A stretch of DNA of 51,445 nucleotides from assembly GCA_017615975.1 (NCBI GenBank), contig JAFZYZ010000027.1:1-51445 (forward strand), written 5' to 3'. Below the pieces are notes generated by a model. The model made no database searches. It was not told the origin of the DNA and saw nothing but the letters and a program-made list of their open reading frames with translations. A program made the position numbers and the translations under genes. The stretch's first letter is position 1. The number at the start of each line of letters is the position of its first letter. Positions 35,520 through 44,187 of this stretch are shown piece after piece. The DNA comes from Clostridia bacterium (GTDB lineage Bacteria > Bacillota > Clostridia > Christensenellales > Borkfalkiaceae).

Positions 35520-37317
35520 AATCGAAGCTGAAATAAATTACGTAGCACTTGATAATAAATATGATTTTTTTGTTTTAACAACTACAGAGAAATACATTAA
35601 AGGCGGAGCAATGATATTAGATGCGCCGTCATCAATACTTCGTGTACAAGCAATACATTTTACCAACGGAAAATGTTTTTTCGTTATGGTGTTTAAATCT
35701 GCAGATAATAAAAACAAATTAAAGGAATTAATACAATCATATAGCGAAGGTAGATATTTAACTATCAATCAATTAAACAGTAGCGATCTTGAAGAAAAAG
35801 ATTTGCTCCAGTTACTTATCAATGGATTGTCTAATTCACGCAATCCATTACTTGGGTTTAGCAATTTAACAGGACATTTATATTGTTTCCATCCATCATG
35901 GCTTAAACATAAAAGGACAGGGTCTCAAGAAGAAATAGTTAAAGTGCCCTGCATTGAATTTCATGTAGTAGACGAAAATAAATTATTGATAGATGTAAGG
36001 ACTTTCAGTTCAGTAAAACTTAGGAATAAGATCACCTTTCGCAAAAAGAAATTTGAAGAATATCCTAAGTATAGTTTCGCAACAAATAATACATTAAAGC
36101 GAATAACTGAATCGTGCGACGATGCGAGTTATATTTTAAGGCAAACAGATGGTGCAAAGACAGAAATACCGTTTTTGGACATTCTAAATACCGAAAAATT
36201 TATGCAAAGCAAAATGGGTGTTTTATCTGCCGTAATTGAGCAATTCAATAAGGTATATGTGGGGGAGGCGTCTATTAAATTTAGTAGCATAGACGAGTAT
36301 AAACGAATAGACCATAAGAAAAAAGCAGAGGAAGAAAATAAATCGAGAGTTGTTTCCATTTTAAAACAGAACAAAATACGAATTGTTGATCAAATAGGGA
36401 ATGGGTATTCAGAAGAGTTCTGTAAAACAATGTCGAGATTATTGGAAAGAAAATATGGAATTAAACCCTCTTTAGGGACCCGCTTATCAAAAAATGGACT
36501 TAATATAGTTTTAATACACAATGCAGCCTATTATATTGATGTGGAAGATCCGCATGATGTTGTTAAGTCAAATTATGCTATTCAACATGTTACATTAGAA
36601 GATTTTTCTAATAGTGCTGAATTTGCGATTGCTACTGTTGTTAATGAGTTAATTATTAAAGATGATTTGAGATCTGGAAAAATATCATTATTTGATTGGA
36701 AACGACTTTCATTTCAAGGTGATTTTATATTCGGGACTGAGGTTGTTGAAAACGAAATAAAAAAATATTTGTTTATGCGTATTCATCCAGATGGCTCTTT
36801 TGTAATACATAAATGTGAATTTGATTTATTTTCTGCAAATGAATATATGAAATATGCAAAAATATATGAAGATGCTAAAGTTGCTTCTGAAACGGTTCGA
36901 GGCATAATAAGCGATGATAAAGGAAATATAAATATTATTAAAGATACGGATTGGTTTACAATTCCAAATATTAACTGTATTAAATCTGAGTTAGAGAAAG
37001 GTAATACAAAGATTCGGGGCAAAGAGGCAAGAATGCGTTTTCTCGATGCAATATTAGATATAAAATGGTTTCAAAACGGGGAAGATGTTTTCTATTTTGC
37101 AAATGACATTGGGGACGGAATGCGCACATTAGTGCAACGTGCTGCGAATATAAGAAAAATAGTTGCACATGAGAACTCGGAATTGTTTTTTGATAAAATC
37201 TCCCCATTGTTTGATGTGACTTTTGTCCGCAATGGTCAGTTAACAGTTGTTCCGTTCCCGTTCAAGTATTTACGAGAAGATTTTGATTATATGAAAAAAG
37301 TTAATGAAGATGACTAA
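35500..37317 (+). CDS. 605-aa protein with a MID-PIWI-like C-terminal half, predicted catalytically inactive (pAgo-like / DdmE- or PIWI-RE-like candidate)
   Basis: ATG 35500 overlaps the upstream gene by 20 nt, with AAGGAG 13 nt upstream. NIVLIHNAAYYIDVEDPHDVVKSNYAIQHVTLEDF fits the MID-type K..Q pattern. FIFGTEVV sits at the GxDV position, IISDDKG at the RDG position, and VVPFPFKYLRE matches PxPxxYA[HD]. The CDS is well supported; the fold assignment is by eye only. Confidence 0.45.
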   Translation: MAIQTNKIEAEINYVALDNKYDFFVLTTTEKYIKGGAMILDAPSSILRVQAIHFTNGKCFFVMVFKSADNKNKLKELIQSYSEGRYLTINQLNSSDLEEKDLLQLLINGLSNSRNPLLGFSNLTGHLYCFHPSWLKHKRTGSQEEIVKVPCIEFHVVDENKLLIDVRTFSSVKLRNKITFRKKKFEEYPKYSFATNNTLKRITESCDDASYILRQTDGAKTEIPFLDILNTEKFMQSKMGVLSAVIEQFNKVYVGEASIKFSSIDEYKRIDHKKKAEEENKSRVVSILKQNKIRIVDQIGNGYSEEFCKTMSRLLERKYGIKPSLGTRLSKNGLNIVLIHNAAYYIDVEDPHDVVKSNYAIQHVTLEDFSNSAEFAIATVVNELIIKDDLRSGKISLFDWKRLSFQGDFIFGTEVVENEIKKYLFMRIHPDGSFVIHKCEFDLFSANEYMKYAKIYEDAKVASETVRGIISDDKGNINIIKDTDWFTIPNINCIKSELEKGNTKIRGKEARMRFLDAILDIKWFQNGEDVFYFANDIGDGMRTLVQRAANIRKIVAHENSELFFDKISPLFDVTFVRNGQLTVVPFPFKYLREDFDYMKKVNEDD

Positions 37318-37436
37318 TGATTTTGTAATCACTAATGGTAAATGAACTTTCCATACTAAACAAGTATTTAGGCGAGAGTAGTTTAAGGGATACTACTAGA
37401 ATTATGTTTTTATAGAGAAATGTTTGGAAATACACT

Positions 37437-38954
37437 ATGGATATTTTAGAAAAAATAAGTGAATTATATGGGAAAATTTATAAATACAATTCTTTACTTT
37501 TAAAAAAATCAGAAGATTTATTGTTAGAAAATAAGTACGATTTTGATGATATATTTGATTTTTATATAACTTCACATGCTTTAGGATATTTGAAAAATCT
37601 TTATTTCGGGAATATACAAAGTGCAGGGTTTTATCTTAATATCAGATGTATTATAGAAGGACTTGCTATAAAACAGTTAAACGCTCAAGGTAAGATAAGC
37701 ATTGAGATGAAACAACTACTGCAAAAGCAAGTTTTTTTAATAGAATATAAGAACTATTTTCAATTCAGTGATATATCTGATAAAATTTTATTACCAGAAA
37801 AATTACAATATGATTATGATAAAGCTGTCGAATATTATAAGGAAATACTACACAATCGATTTGATAATAAGACGATATTAGAAATATGCAAATCGAAAAT
37901 CCCATTTTTATGCAATCCAAAGATTAGTTTTCATAAAATAATTGAAAACACTTTAGGCGAAAAAGCAACTTCCATATATGGGATATATAGTTCAATGATA
38001 CATTCGTCGAATAATATTCCTTATACAATGGAAGAGCTTAATAATTTTGCTATCGCCATATTCCCATATATCGTTGAAAACTTTGATGTATTACCGAGTG
38101 GCACTTCGCTAAAGGATGAACTATATTTGTTAGCGTCTCAAATAGGGAATTCATTAACCCAGTGTTTTACGGATATAGGCGATATACTAATAAATGTTGC
38201 AAATGTTTTTGAAAAAAAATTTAATAATAATTATGTCACAAATACTTTTAGAAAATTATCATATGTTCTGTCAGATTTTGCAATAGAAAAAAACATTGGT
38301 TTAACAGAACAAATAAAAAGTAAGTGGAAAATCCTTTTAGAACATTTTGCCGTCTTTAATTTTCAATATTTTAATGCTAAACATGACGAAAATATATATA
38401 AATTAATGGACAAGCATAGAATACTTCAAGAAAAAAGGAATCTATCAATAAAATTTGTTTTAGATGACGAATATGAACTTTACTGTAAAATTTATTCAAC
38501 TAATCACTGTGAAAAGGCCACATTTGATAAAGCATTTTTACAGCCTCTAGGTTATCTAATTAACGAGAAAGGGATTGTGCCTAAAATCGTAGATTTAATA
38601 AAAGATTTTTCAAAACTTTTTGGGGCTGATAAGTTAGGGGAAATAACTGCCGGAAAATCTATGATTTTAGATTACGTTGAAAGTCAAATGATATCTCATG
38701 CTAACGGATATATGTGGTTTGCAAATAATGGCGCTTGGGGAGATGTAAACAGCGTTCTAATCAATACTTTGTTAAGCATAAAGTTGATTCTAGAAAAAAT
38801 GCAAGCTGTTTTTAAGGTTCATAGAGAAATAGAAGGGACAAAAGAATATAAAACAATAATAAATCTCTTAAGGAATAGTCTAAAAAAGCTGGATGTTAAT
38901 TTGAAAAATTTGCTTGAAATATTAAGTTTGCCAATGATTAAAAAGCCTTATTAG
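37437..38954 (+). CDS. 505-aa predicted all-helical protein of unknown function
   Basis: Long ORF in the same orientation as its neighbours, very AT-rich. Two internally similar halves each carry an R/K-x-hydrophobic..E segment and a later S-x-I/M-x-H motif (IYSSMIHSSNN; ESQMISHANGYMW). I can assign no family. Confidence 0.6.
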   Translation: MDILEKISELYGKIYKYNSLLLKKSEDLLLENKYDFDDIFDFYITSHALGYLKNLYFGNIQSAGFYLNIRCIIEGLAIKQLNAQGKISIEMKQLLQKQVFLIEYKNYFQFSDISDKILLPEKLQYDYDKAVEYYKEILHNRFDNKTILEICKSKIPFLCNPKISFHKIIENTLGEKATSIYGIYSSMIHSSNNIPYTMEELNNFAIAIFPYIVENFDVLPSGTSLKDELYLLASQIGNSLTQCFTDIGDILINVANVFEKKFNNNYVTNTFRKLSYVLSDFAIEKNIGLTEQIKSKWKILLEHFAVFNFQYFNAKHDENIYKLMDKHRILQEKRNLSIKFVLDDEYELYCKIYSTNHCEKATFDKAFLQPLGYLINEKGIVPKIVDLIKDFSKLFGADKLGEITAGKSMILDYVESQMISHANGYMWFANNGAWGDVNSVLINTLLSIKLILEKMQAVFKVHREIEGTKEYKTIINLLRNSLKKLDVNLKNLLEILSLPMIKKPY

Positions 38955-38992
38955 ATTTTTGATAATGTTTATAATAAATAAAGGATATCCAA

Positions 38993-41900
38993 ATGAAAAT
39001 AATTAAAAGTACGCAATTGAAGAAATGGTTTTATTATAATAGCAGAAAAACTCAGTCTATTTTTCCAGAATTAATACGAAAATTAATTCGTATGTCAATC
39101 AATAGAACTTCAAATATTCATTTACCATCAGGGGATTCTATATATACTACAGGATGGGATGCTATTGTCAAACATAATGAAGTAAAGCATGAGTTTGTGC
39201 CACTAGGATCATCCTTTTGGGAATTGGGGACAAATAACAATAGTGTAGCAAAAATAGAGGCTGATTATAAGAAAAGAAAAGCTCAATCTACTATTTACGA
39301 CAAATCTCAATATACATATGTTGCAGTAACATCAAGAATTTTAGACTCTGGGAAAAAGGAGGAAATATGCGAACAAATAAAGAAAGATAAAAATTTTAAA
39401 GATGCAATAATTATTGATGCAAATGATCTAGAATGTTGGCTGGAAGGCCATATTGATATTACAATTTGGCTGTTAAACAAATACGAAGAAAGTATTAAAG
39501 ATTATGAAATTAATACTGTCGAAAATATTTGGCAAGAGATATCGCAATCAACAAATCCAAAACTAACTGAAACAATTTTTACGACAGGAAATCAAGCGCA
39601 GGCTACTCGGTTTATTGATGACATTACAAATAATCTTGTAACAGGGAACAATTATTATGCGGTTTGTTCTCCTTTTTATGGGCAAGAGCATGCTTTATTT
39701 TTTGCTGTGGCAAGTATTATAAGTTCAAATAATGAAGCACTTATTGAAAGGAGTATTGTCGTAGAAAGTCAAGCTGGATTAGATATAATAAATGCATTTT
39801 GCGAAGATAAAATAATAATATTAAATTTTAATTGTTTCGATAAAAGATTAAGCAAAAACACAACAAACAAGTATATTTTTCTAGAAAATATAACGGCGGG
39901 AATTCAATTAGAATTAGTTTCACAGCAAGATTTTACAAAAGCTATAGAAACATTGGGATATTCAGCAGGCGAGGCATATAGGATTTCATATACAGTAGAA
40001 AATAATGCGGTTGCATTAAGAAGGTTGTTGGCACAAGTGCCAACATTAAAAAAACCACGGTGGGCAAGAGAGAAGAATAAAAATGACTTAATACCGTTAA
40101 TGATTTTGGGTGAAATAAATATGAATAAATTATCCGATATTGAGATGTTAAAAGCAATAGTTGGCGATAATTATGATCAGTATTTAGAAACCTTAAATTT
40201 TTGGACGGAAATCGGGTATGCACCTTTATATAAATATGAAGATGTTTATAGAATTTGTAGCAAAAAAGAATGTTTTGAAAATATTCAAGTTGATCACTTT
40301 TCAGTAAAAATCAAAAAAATAGAAGACAAGATAAAAGAATTGTTTTGCAATAAAGACATAGATAATAATCTATTTAATGAGAGAACTATAAGAAATATAA
40401 TAGAAGCGTTCATTATCATGGCGCAACAATCAGAAAGGAATCAACTTCATTTTGATTTTTACGTTGAAGAAATATTTAAAAATGTTAGTGGCAACGAAGT
40501 GCTTTATGAAAGAATAAAAACATTTTTGTCTCTTTTAGCAGAATTATCACCTCAAAAATTTATTAAATATATTGAAGGTGAAATTGCAAACGATAATCCT
40601 GTTTTTAATGCTTTGGTAAATAAAGAAAGTAGTGTTAATAGCTGCGATTTTGTAAACTATATATCTTATGGATTAGATAGATCTTTAAGGTTAAAGGAAA
40701 CCGTTGTAAAATCATTAAAAGTGTTGTTGCAACTATATTATCATGTCAATGAAAATCTGCTTCTATTAGAAAGAATTCAGGAAAGTTTTTCTCCAATTAC
40801 GGTTGGACTATTTCCCATTTCTTTACATAGAAAAACCGAACTTTTATTTAATTATATTAAAGATCAAGATTCGAATAAAACAAAAAAGATAATGGAAGGC
40901 TTATCATCTGGCGGTAAGCTGAATATGATGATTGCAAGCGCACGGTCTTATCGGCAATTTGATGAACAAGAAAAAATTCATTATACCTATCAAGACTATT
41001 TTGACCTGCAAAGCCAGGCGATAAAATGGTTAATTAATAATTCATCTCAGTCAGATTTAGCAAGTTTATTAGAGAAAGCTTTAAATAATATATATTATCG
41101 TCCAAAAAATTTGTTGTGTGAAGATTTAGAACAAATAAAACAAAAATGTTTAACTGACAACGTAAGCGATGAAGTAAAGGCTGAATTAAATGTTAAAGTT
41201 TTGTCAAAAATTGAGGATTTAAAAAAGTTTGATAGAAAGTATAAAAACGATTATTTGCCAATATTGCAAGAGTTTTTAGATGCTATTGCCCCAACAGATA
41301 CCTATATTAGTTATAGATATATGTTCACGCAAGATAATTTCCCATTAGCTAATCCCATAAAATTTGAAAGTAATGCAAATTGGTATGAACGGGACAATGA
41401 AAGTAGAGAAATATTACGCAAAAATGCCATTGAAGTTTTATTGAAAGAATATGGTGAAAATATTTTAGAAAGAATTATTAATGATGCCACAAAAAAATCA
41501 TATAGTATTTGGAAACTTCTCTTTTGTTATTCTAAAGACAAGGAAAAAGATATTATACAAATGATAAAACTTAAAGAACAGGTTGGGCTTTCTTTTTATT
41601 TATCTAGAATAGAAAATGCTGTTTTAGTTAAATATATAGACATCGCCGAAAATGAAGAGGATGCATTCATTTTTTCTTGTTTGCCATTTAATATCCAAAC
41701 TATTAATTTTGTAAGTGGTAAAACTAATGAAAAATTATATTGGGAAGGAAGGAGATTATATTTTAATGATGAATTATCTTTTGAGCAAGTATTCGATAAA
41801 ATGTTGAAGTTTTATCCAACAGGATTATTGGATTATTTTGCTTATAGGAGAGATTATTCATACGAGGAAGGAATTTTATTATTAAACGCATTGGCAACAT

Positions 41901-42655
41901 ATTTACAAGAAGAGAATAACGAAATAAGAAGACTGGATTTCTATTCACTAAAAGAAATAATAAAGAAAATGGACAATAAGTATTATACTAAAGAATTGTC
42001 CAAATGTGAATTTGACTTATTAGAGTATATATTAACGGATTTGGAAGATTATCCTTTAGGAATTAAAAAATATTTTTGGGATAATCCAAAGGAATTAGGA
42101 GGATTGCTGTCTGAATTGTATAATAAAAGAGATAAATTACAACAAGGAAGTTTAGGTGCTAAAATTTTTTTTGAAGCACACATATCACTAGGGGAAAAAT
42201 CATTTATTCCTAAAGAGTATATGTTGCAATATAAGGAAAAGCTTTATAGTTGGGCAATGGAGATAATTAATGTAAACTCTATAGATAATAAAAATTTAAA
42301 AATATTTTTGAAATTAGCTGTAATAAATACTTTAGCCAAATGCCCTAAAGAAATTAATGCTAAAATTTGGCCGATAAAAGAAGTAGCGGATATTTTAGAG
42401 GAATTGTCAAAAGAAGATTTTGATTCACCCGAAAGAGTCTCAAGCAATTTCTACTGTTCTTTTTTTAATACGAGAGGTATGAGAACAATAGGAAATGGAG
42501 AAGAGGAGTTTGTGTTAAATGAAGAGTATTTAGCATATAAAGACTACTATGATGTTTCCCATCCTGTGGTTGCCACAGCACTGGGATATATAGCAAATGG
42601 ATATAAGGAAGAAGGGGAAATGGACAAACGGTGGTATTTATTTGGGGAATATTAA
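38993..42655 (+). CDS. 1220-aa protein of unknown function; the N-terminal ~150 aa may be a restriction-endonuclease-like domain, the remainder looks helical-repeat-like
   Basis: AAAGGA SD 7 nt upstream. N-terminal FPELIRKLI..TTGWDAIV..GSSFWELGTNNNSVAKIEADYKKRK..YVAVTSR..IIDANDLECWLE (nt ~39125-39277), with D56/E77/K86 as candidate D..E..K residues. No P-loop is seen anywhere. Confidence 0.6.
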   Translation: MKIIKSTQLKKWFYYNSRKTQSIFPELIRKLIRMSINRTSNIHLPSGDSIYTTGWDAIVKHNEVKHEFVPLGSSFWELGTNNNSVAKIEADYKKRKAQSTIYDKSQYTYVAVTSRILDSGKKEEICEQIKKDKNFKDAIIIDANDLECWLEGHIDITIWLLNKYEESIKDYEINTVENIWQEISQSTNPKLTETIFTTGNQAQATRFIDDITNNLVTGNNYYAVCSPFYGQEHALFFAVASIISSNNEALIERSIVVESQAGLDIINAFCEDKIIILNFNCFDKRLSKNTTNKYIFLENITAGIQLELVSQQDFTKAIETLGYSAGEAYRISYTVENNAVALRRLLAQVPTLKKPRWAREKNKNDLIPLMILGEINMNKLSDIEMLKAIVGDNYDQYLETLNFWTEIGYAPLYKYEDVYRICSKKECFENIQVDHFSVKIKKIEDKIKELFCNKDIDNNLFNERTIRNIIEAFIIMAQQSERNQLHFDFYVEEIFKNVSGNEVLYERIKTFLSLLAELSPQKFIKYIEGEIANDNPVFNALVNKESSVNSCDFVNYISYGLDRSLRLKETVVKSLKVLLQLYYHVNENLLLLERIQESFSPITVGLFPISLHRKTELLFNYIKDQDSNKTKKIMEGLSSGGKLNMMIASARSYRQFDEQEKIHYTYQDYFDLQSQAIKWLINNSSQSDLASLLEKALNNIYYRPKNLLCEDLEQIKQKCLTDNVSDEVKAELNVKVLSKIEDLKKFDRKYKNDYLPILQEFLDAIAPTDTYISYRYMFTQDNFPLANPIKFESNANWYERDNESREILRKNAIEVLLKEYGENILERIINDATKKSYSIWKLLFCYSKDKEKDIIQMIKLKEQVGLSFYLSRIENAVLVKYIDIAENEEDAFIFSCLPFNIQTINFVSGKTNEKLYWEGRRLYFNDELSFEQVFDKMLKFYPTGLLDYFAYRRDYSYEEGILLLNALATYLQEENNEIRRLDFYSLKEIIKKMDNKYYTKELSKCEFDLLEYILTDLEDYPLGIKKYFWDNPKELGGLLSELYNKRDKLQQGSLGAKIFFEAHISLGEKSFIPKEYMLQYKEKLYSWAMEIINVNSIDNKNLKIFLKLAVINTLAKCPKEINAKIWPIKEVADILEELSKEDFDSPERVSSNFYCSFFNTRGMRTIGNGEEEFVLNEEYLAYKDYYDVSHPVVATALGYIANGYKEEGEMDKRWYLFGEY

Positions 42656-42684
42656 TGTAATAAAACATTAATTGGAAAATCATT

Positions 42685-42714
42685 AAAGTCGGTAGATAAC
42701 TATCGACTTTTTTA
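42685..42714 (+). terminator. rho-independent terminator ending the seven-gene block
   Basis: Stem aaagtcggtag / ctatcgacttt (one G-T pair) with loop ataa, followed by a T-run. Confidence 0.75.
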
Positions 42715-43076
42715 ATTTATTCCAGGCTAGATATAAGCGATTATCATACAGTAAACTGTAAAACTAATTTGATACAATAAAGAAAACAAATAAATATTAT
42801 AAACATTTTATTAAAAGCACTTGATTTTTTTGAAAAATTGTTTTAGAATATAATTGCATTTGGAAGAATGCGAGATTAGGTCGGCAGCGAAATGCTGGTT
42901 GTAAAATGACGGGATCTACTTTGCAGGGATGCAAGTTCCGCAGAGAAGATCAACTCAATTTATAATTAATATTTGACTGATTTGACCTTAGCGTACGAGC
43001 CCGTAGTGGGCTTATTATGTAGAGGTCTATTTTTATTTCTTCCTGTGCAAAAAATATTTTACAGGAGGATTTTTTT

Positions 43077-44132
43077 ATGGCAATCGATATTGAAAATATC
43101 GAACACACAATAGGTTATACTTTTGAAAATAAGGATCTATTGAAACAGGCGTTCGTCAGAAGGAGTTATTCAGAAGAATATGGCGGGCAGAACAATGAGG
43201 TATTGGAGTTTATCGGAGATAAAGCACTGGACCTTGCAGTTGTCAGATTGATGATGTTGCGGTTTGGTGAAATTACCGAAGATAAGGAATTGAGCGAGTT
43301 TAAGTTAACTAGTCCTAAGTATTTTAAGACAAAGCTCGGCGAGGGAAAATTTACCGACATAAAGAAACTGCTCGTTCAGAAAAAAACGTTATCAAAATGC
43401 ATTGATAGATTAGGATTTCATAAGCAATTGATAATGGGAAAAGGTGATATAGAACAAGGCGTAGAAAACCAAGATTCAGTAAAAGAAGACTTGTTTGAGG
43501 CAATAATAGGAGCGATTGCTCTGGATTGCGATTTTAATATGAGACAAATTAGTTATGTGGTTGACGCCATGCTTGATGTCTTGGCTTTTTTTAAAAATGA
43601 GGATTTTAATGCTAATTATGATGGCAACTATGTGTCGTGGCTACAAGAGTGGACACAATCGCAAGGGTATGGTTTACCAAATTATACGTATACCTTAAAT
43701 ACTGATGATAATTCATTTACTTGTCGTTTAACAATAACGGGGAAAGATGGTTTTAGACATTTTGAATTGGGTGATGGGTTTAGTCATGCAAAAGCAAGAG
43801 CTGTAGTTGCATATAAAACATTTATATACTTACGCGAACAAGGTATAATAAAAAATAGATTTGAAGATGCAGTTGGTAAACCGTATTTTGAAGAATCTAT
43901 CCGACAATTGAATGAATTATATCAAAAGAGATTAATAGCGAAGCCTGAATATTCTTTTAATGAAGAACATGATGAAAACGGTGATTCAATTTGGTTTTGT
44001 ACTTTAACAGTCGAAGGGTTTGAAAAGAAAGTAGAAGAAGGCTCTAATTCAAAAAAAGACGCTCAAAGGTTTGCTGCATATAATTTTCTTTGCTACATCA
44101 TGGGAATAGAGGAAGAATTAAAGGGAAATTAA
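43077..44132 (+). CDS. RNase III-family nuclease with two C-terminal dsRBD-like domains, 351 aa (accessory paralogue)
   Basis: Signature EVLEFIGD (43197-43220) and second catalytic motif EDLFEAIIGAIALD (from 43485), so all four acidic catalytic positions are present. Two alpha-beta3-alpha-like segments follow, ending in HAKARAVVAYKTFIYL and KKDAQRFAAYNFLCYI. AGGAGG SD. Confidence 0.75.
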   Translation: MAIDIENIEHTIGYTFENKDLLKQAFVRRSYSEEYGGQNNEVLEFIGDKALDLAVVRLMMLRFGEITEDKELSEFKLTSPKYFKTKLGEGKFTDIKKLLVQKKTLSKCIDRLGFHKQLIMGKGDIEQGVENQDSVKEDLFEAIIGAIALDCDFNMRQISYVVDAMLDVLAFFKNEDFNANYDGNYVSWLQEWTQSQGYGLPNYTYTLNTDDNSFTCRLTITGKDGFRHFELGDGFSHAKARAVVAYKTFIYLREQGIIKNRFEDAVGKPYFEESIRQLNELYQKRLIAKPEYSFNEEHDENGDSIWFCTLTVEGFEKKVEEGSNSKKDAQRFAAYNFLCYIMGIEEELKGN

Positions 44133-44187
44133 TAAATTATAATAAAAACAATGCTATCATAATGGAAAGTATTGACCTAGTCATAAA

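Noticed and set aside
39942-40223. Short minus-strand ORFs inside the AT-rich island genes (also 33961-34197, 35003-35395, 36129-36374 and 42465-42683)
   Set aside because: They are embedded antisense in long co-directional genes. The translations are Leu/Phe/Ser/Ile-rich with no independent signals.
26416-42655. Could the seven-gene block be a canonical BREX, DISARM, Druantia or Hachiman locus?
   Set aside because: I see no PglZ-like, Lon-like or brxC-type P-loop protein. There is no HxK(x4)D PLD motif and no Cys4 DUF1998-like cluster, and the methyltransferase is the beta-class PF01555 type. Gene sizes and order do not fit those systems. Only HMM searches can exclude this fully.
42715-43076. 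Retron msr/msd, riboswitch or tRNA-like gene in the long gap
   Set aside because: There is no reverse transcriptase in the island and no long flanking a1/a2 inverted repeats. I could not match the segment to any riboswitch consensus I know (c-di-GMP, preQ1, ZTP, guanidine), and there is no T-loop GTTCRANNC. It is kept only as an unclassified structured leader candidate.
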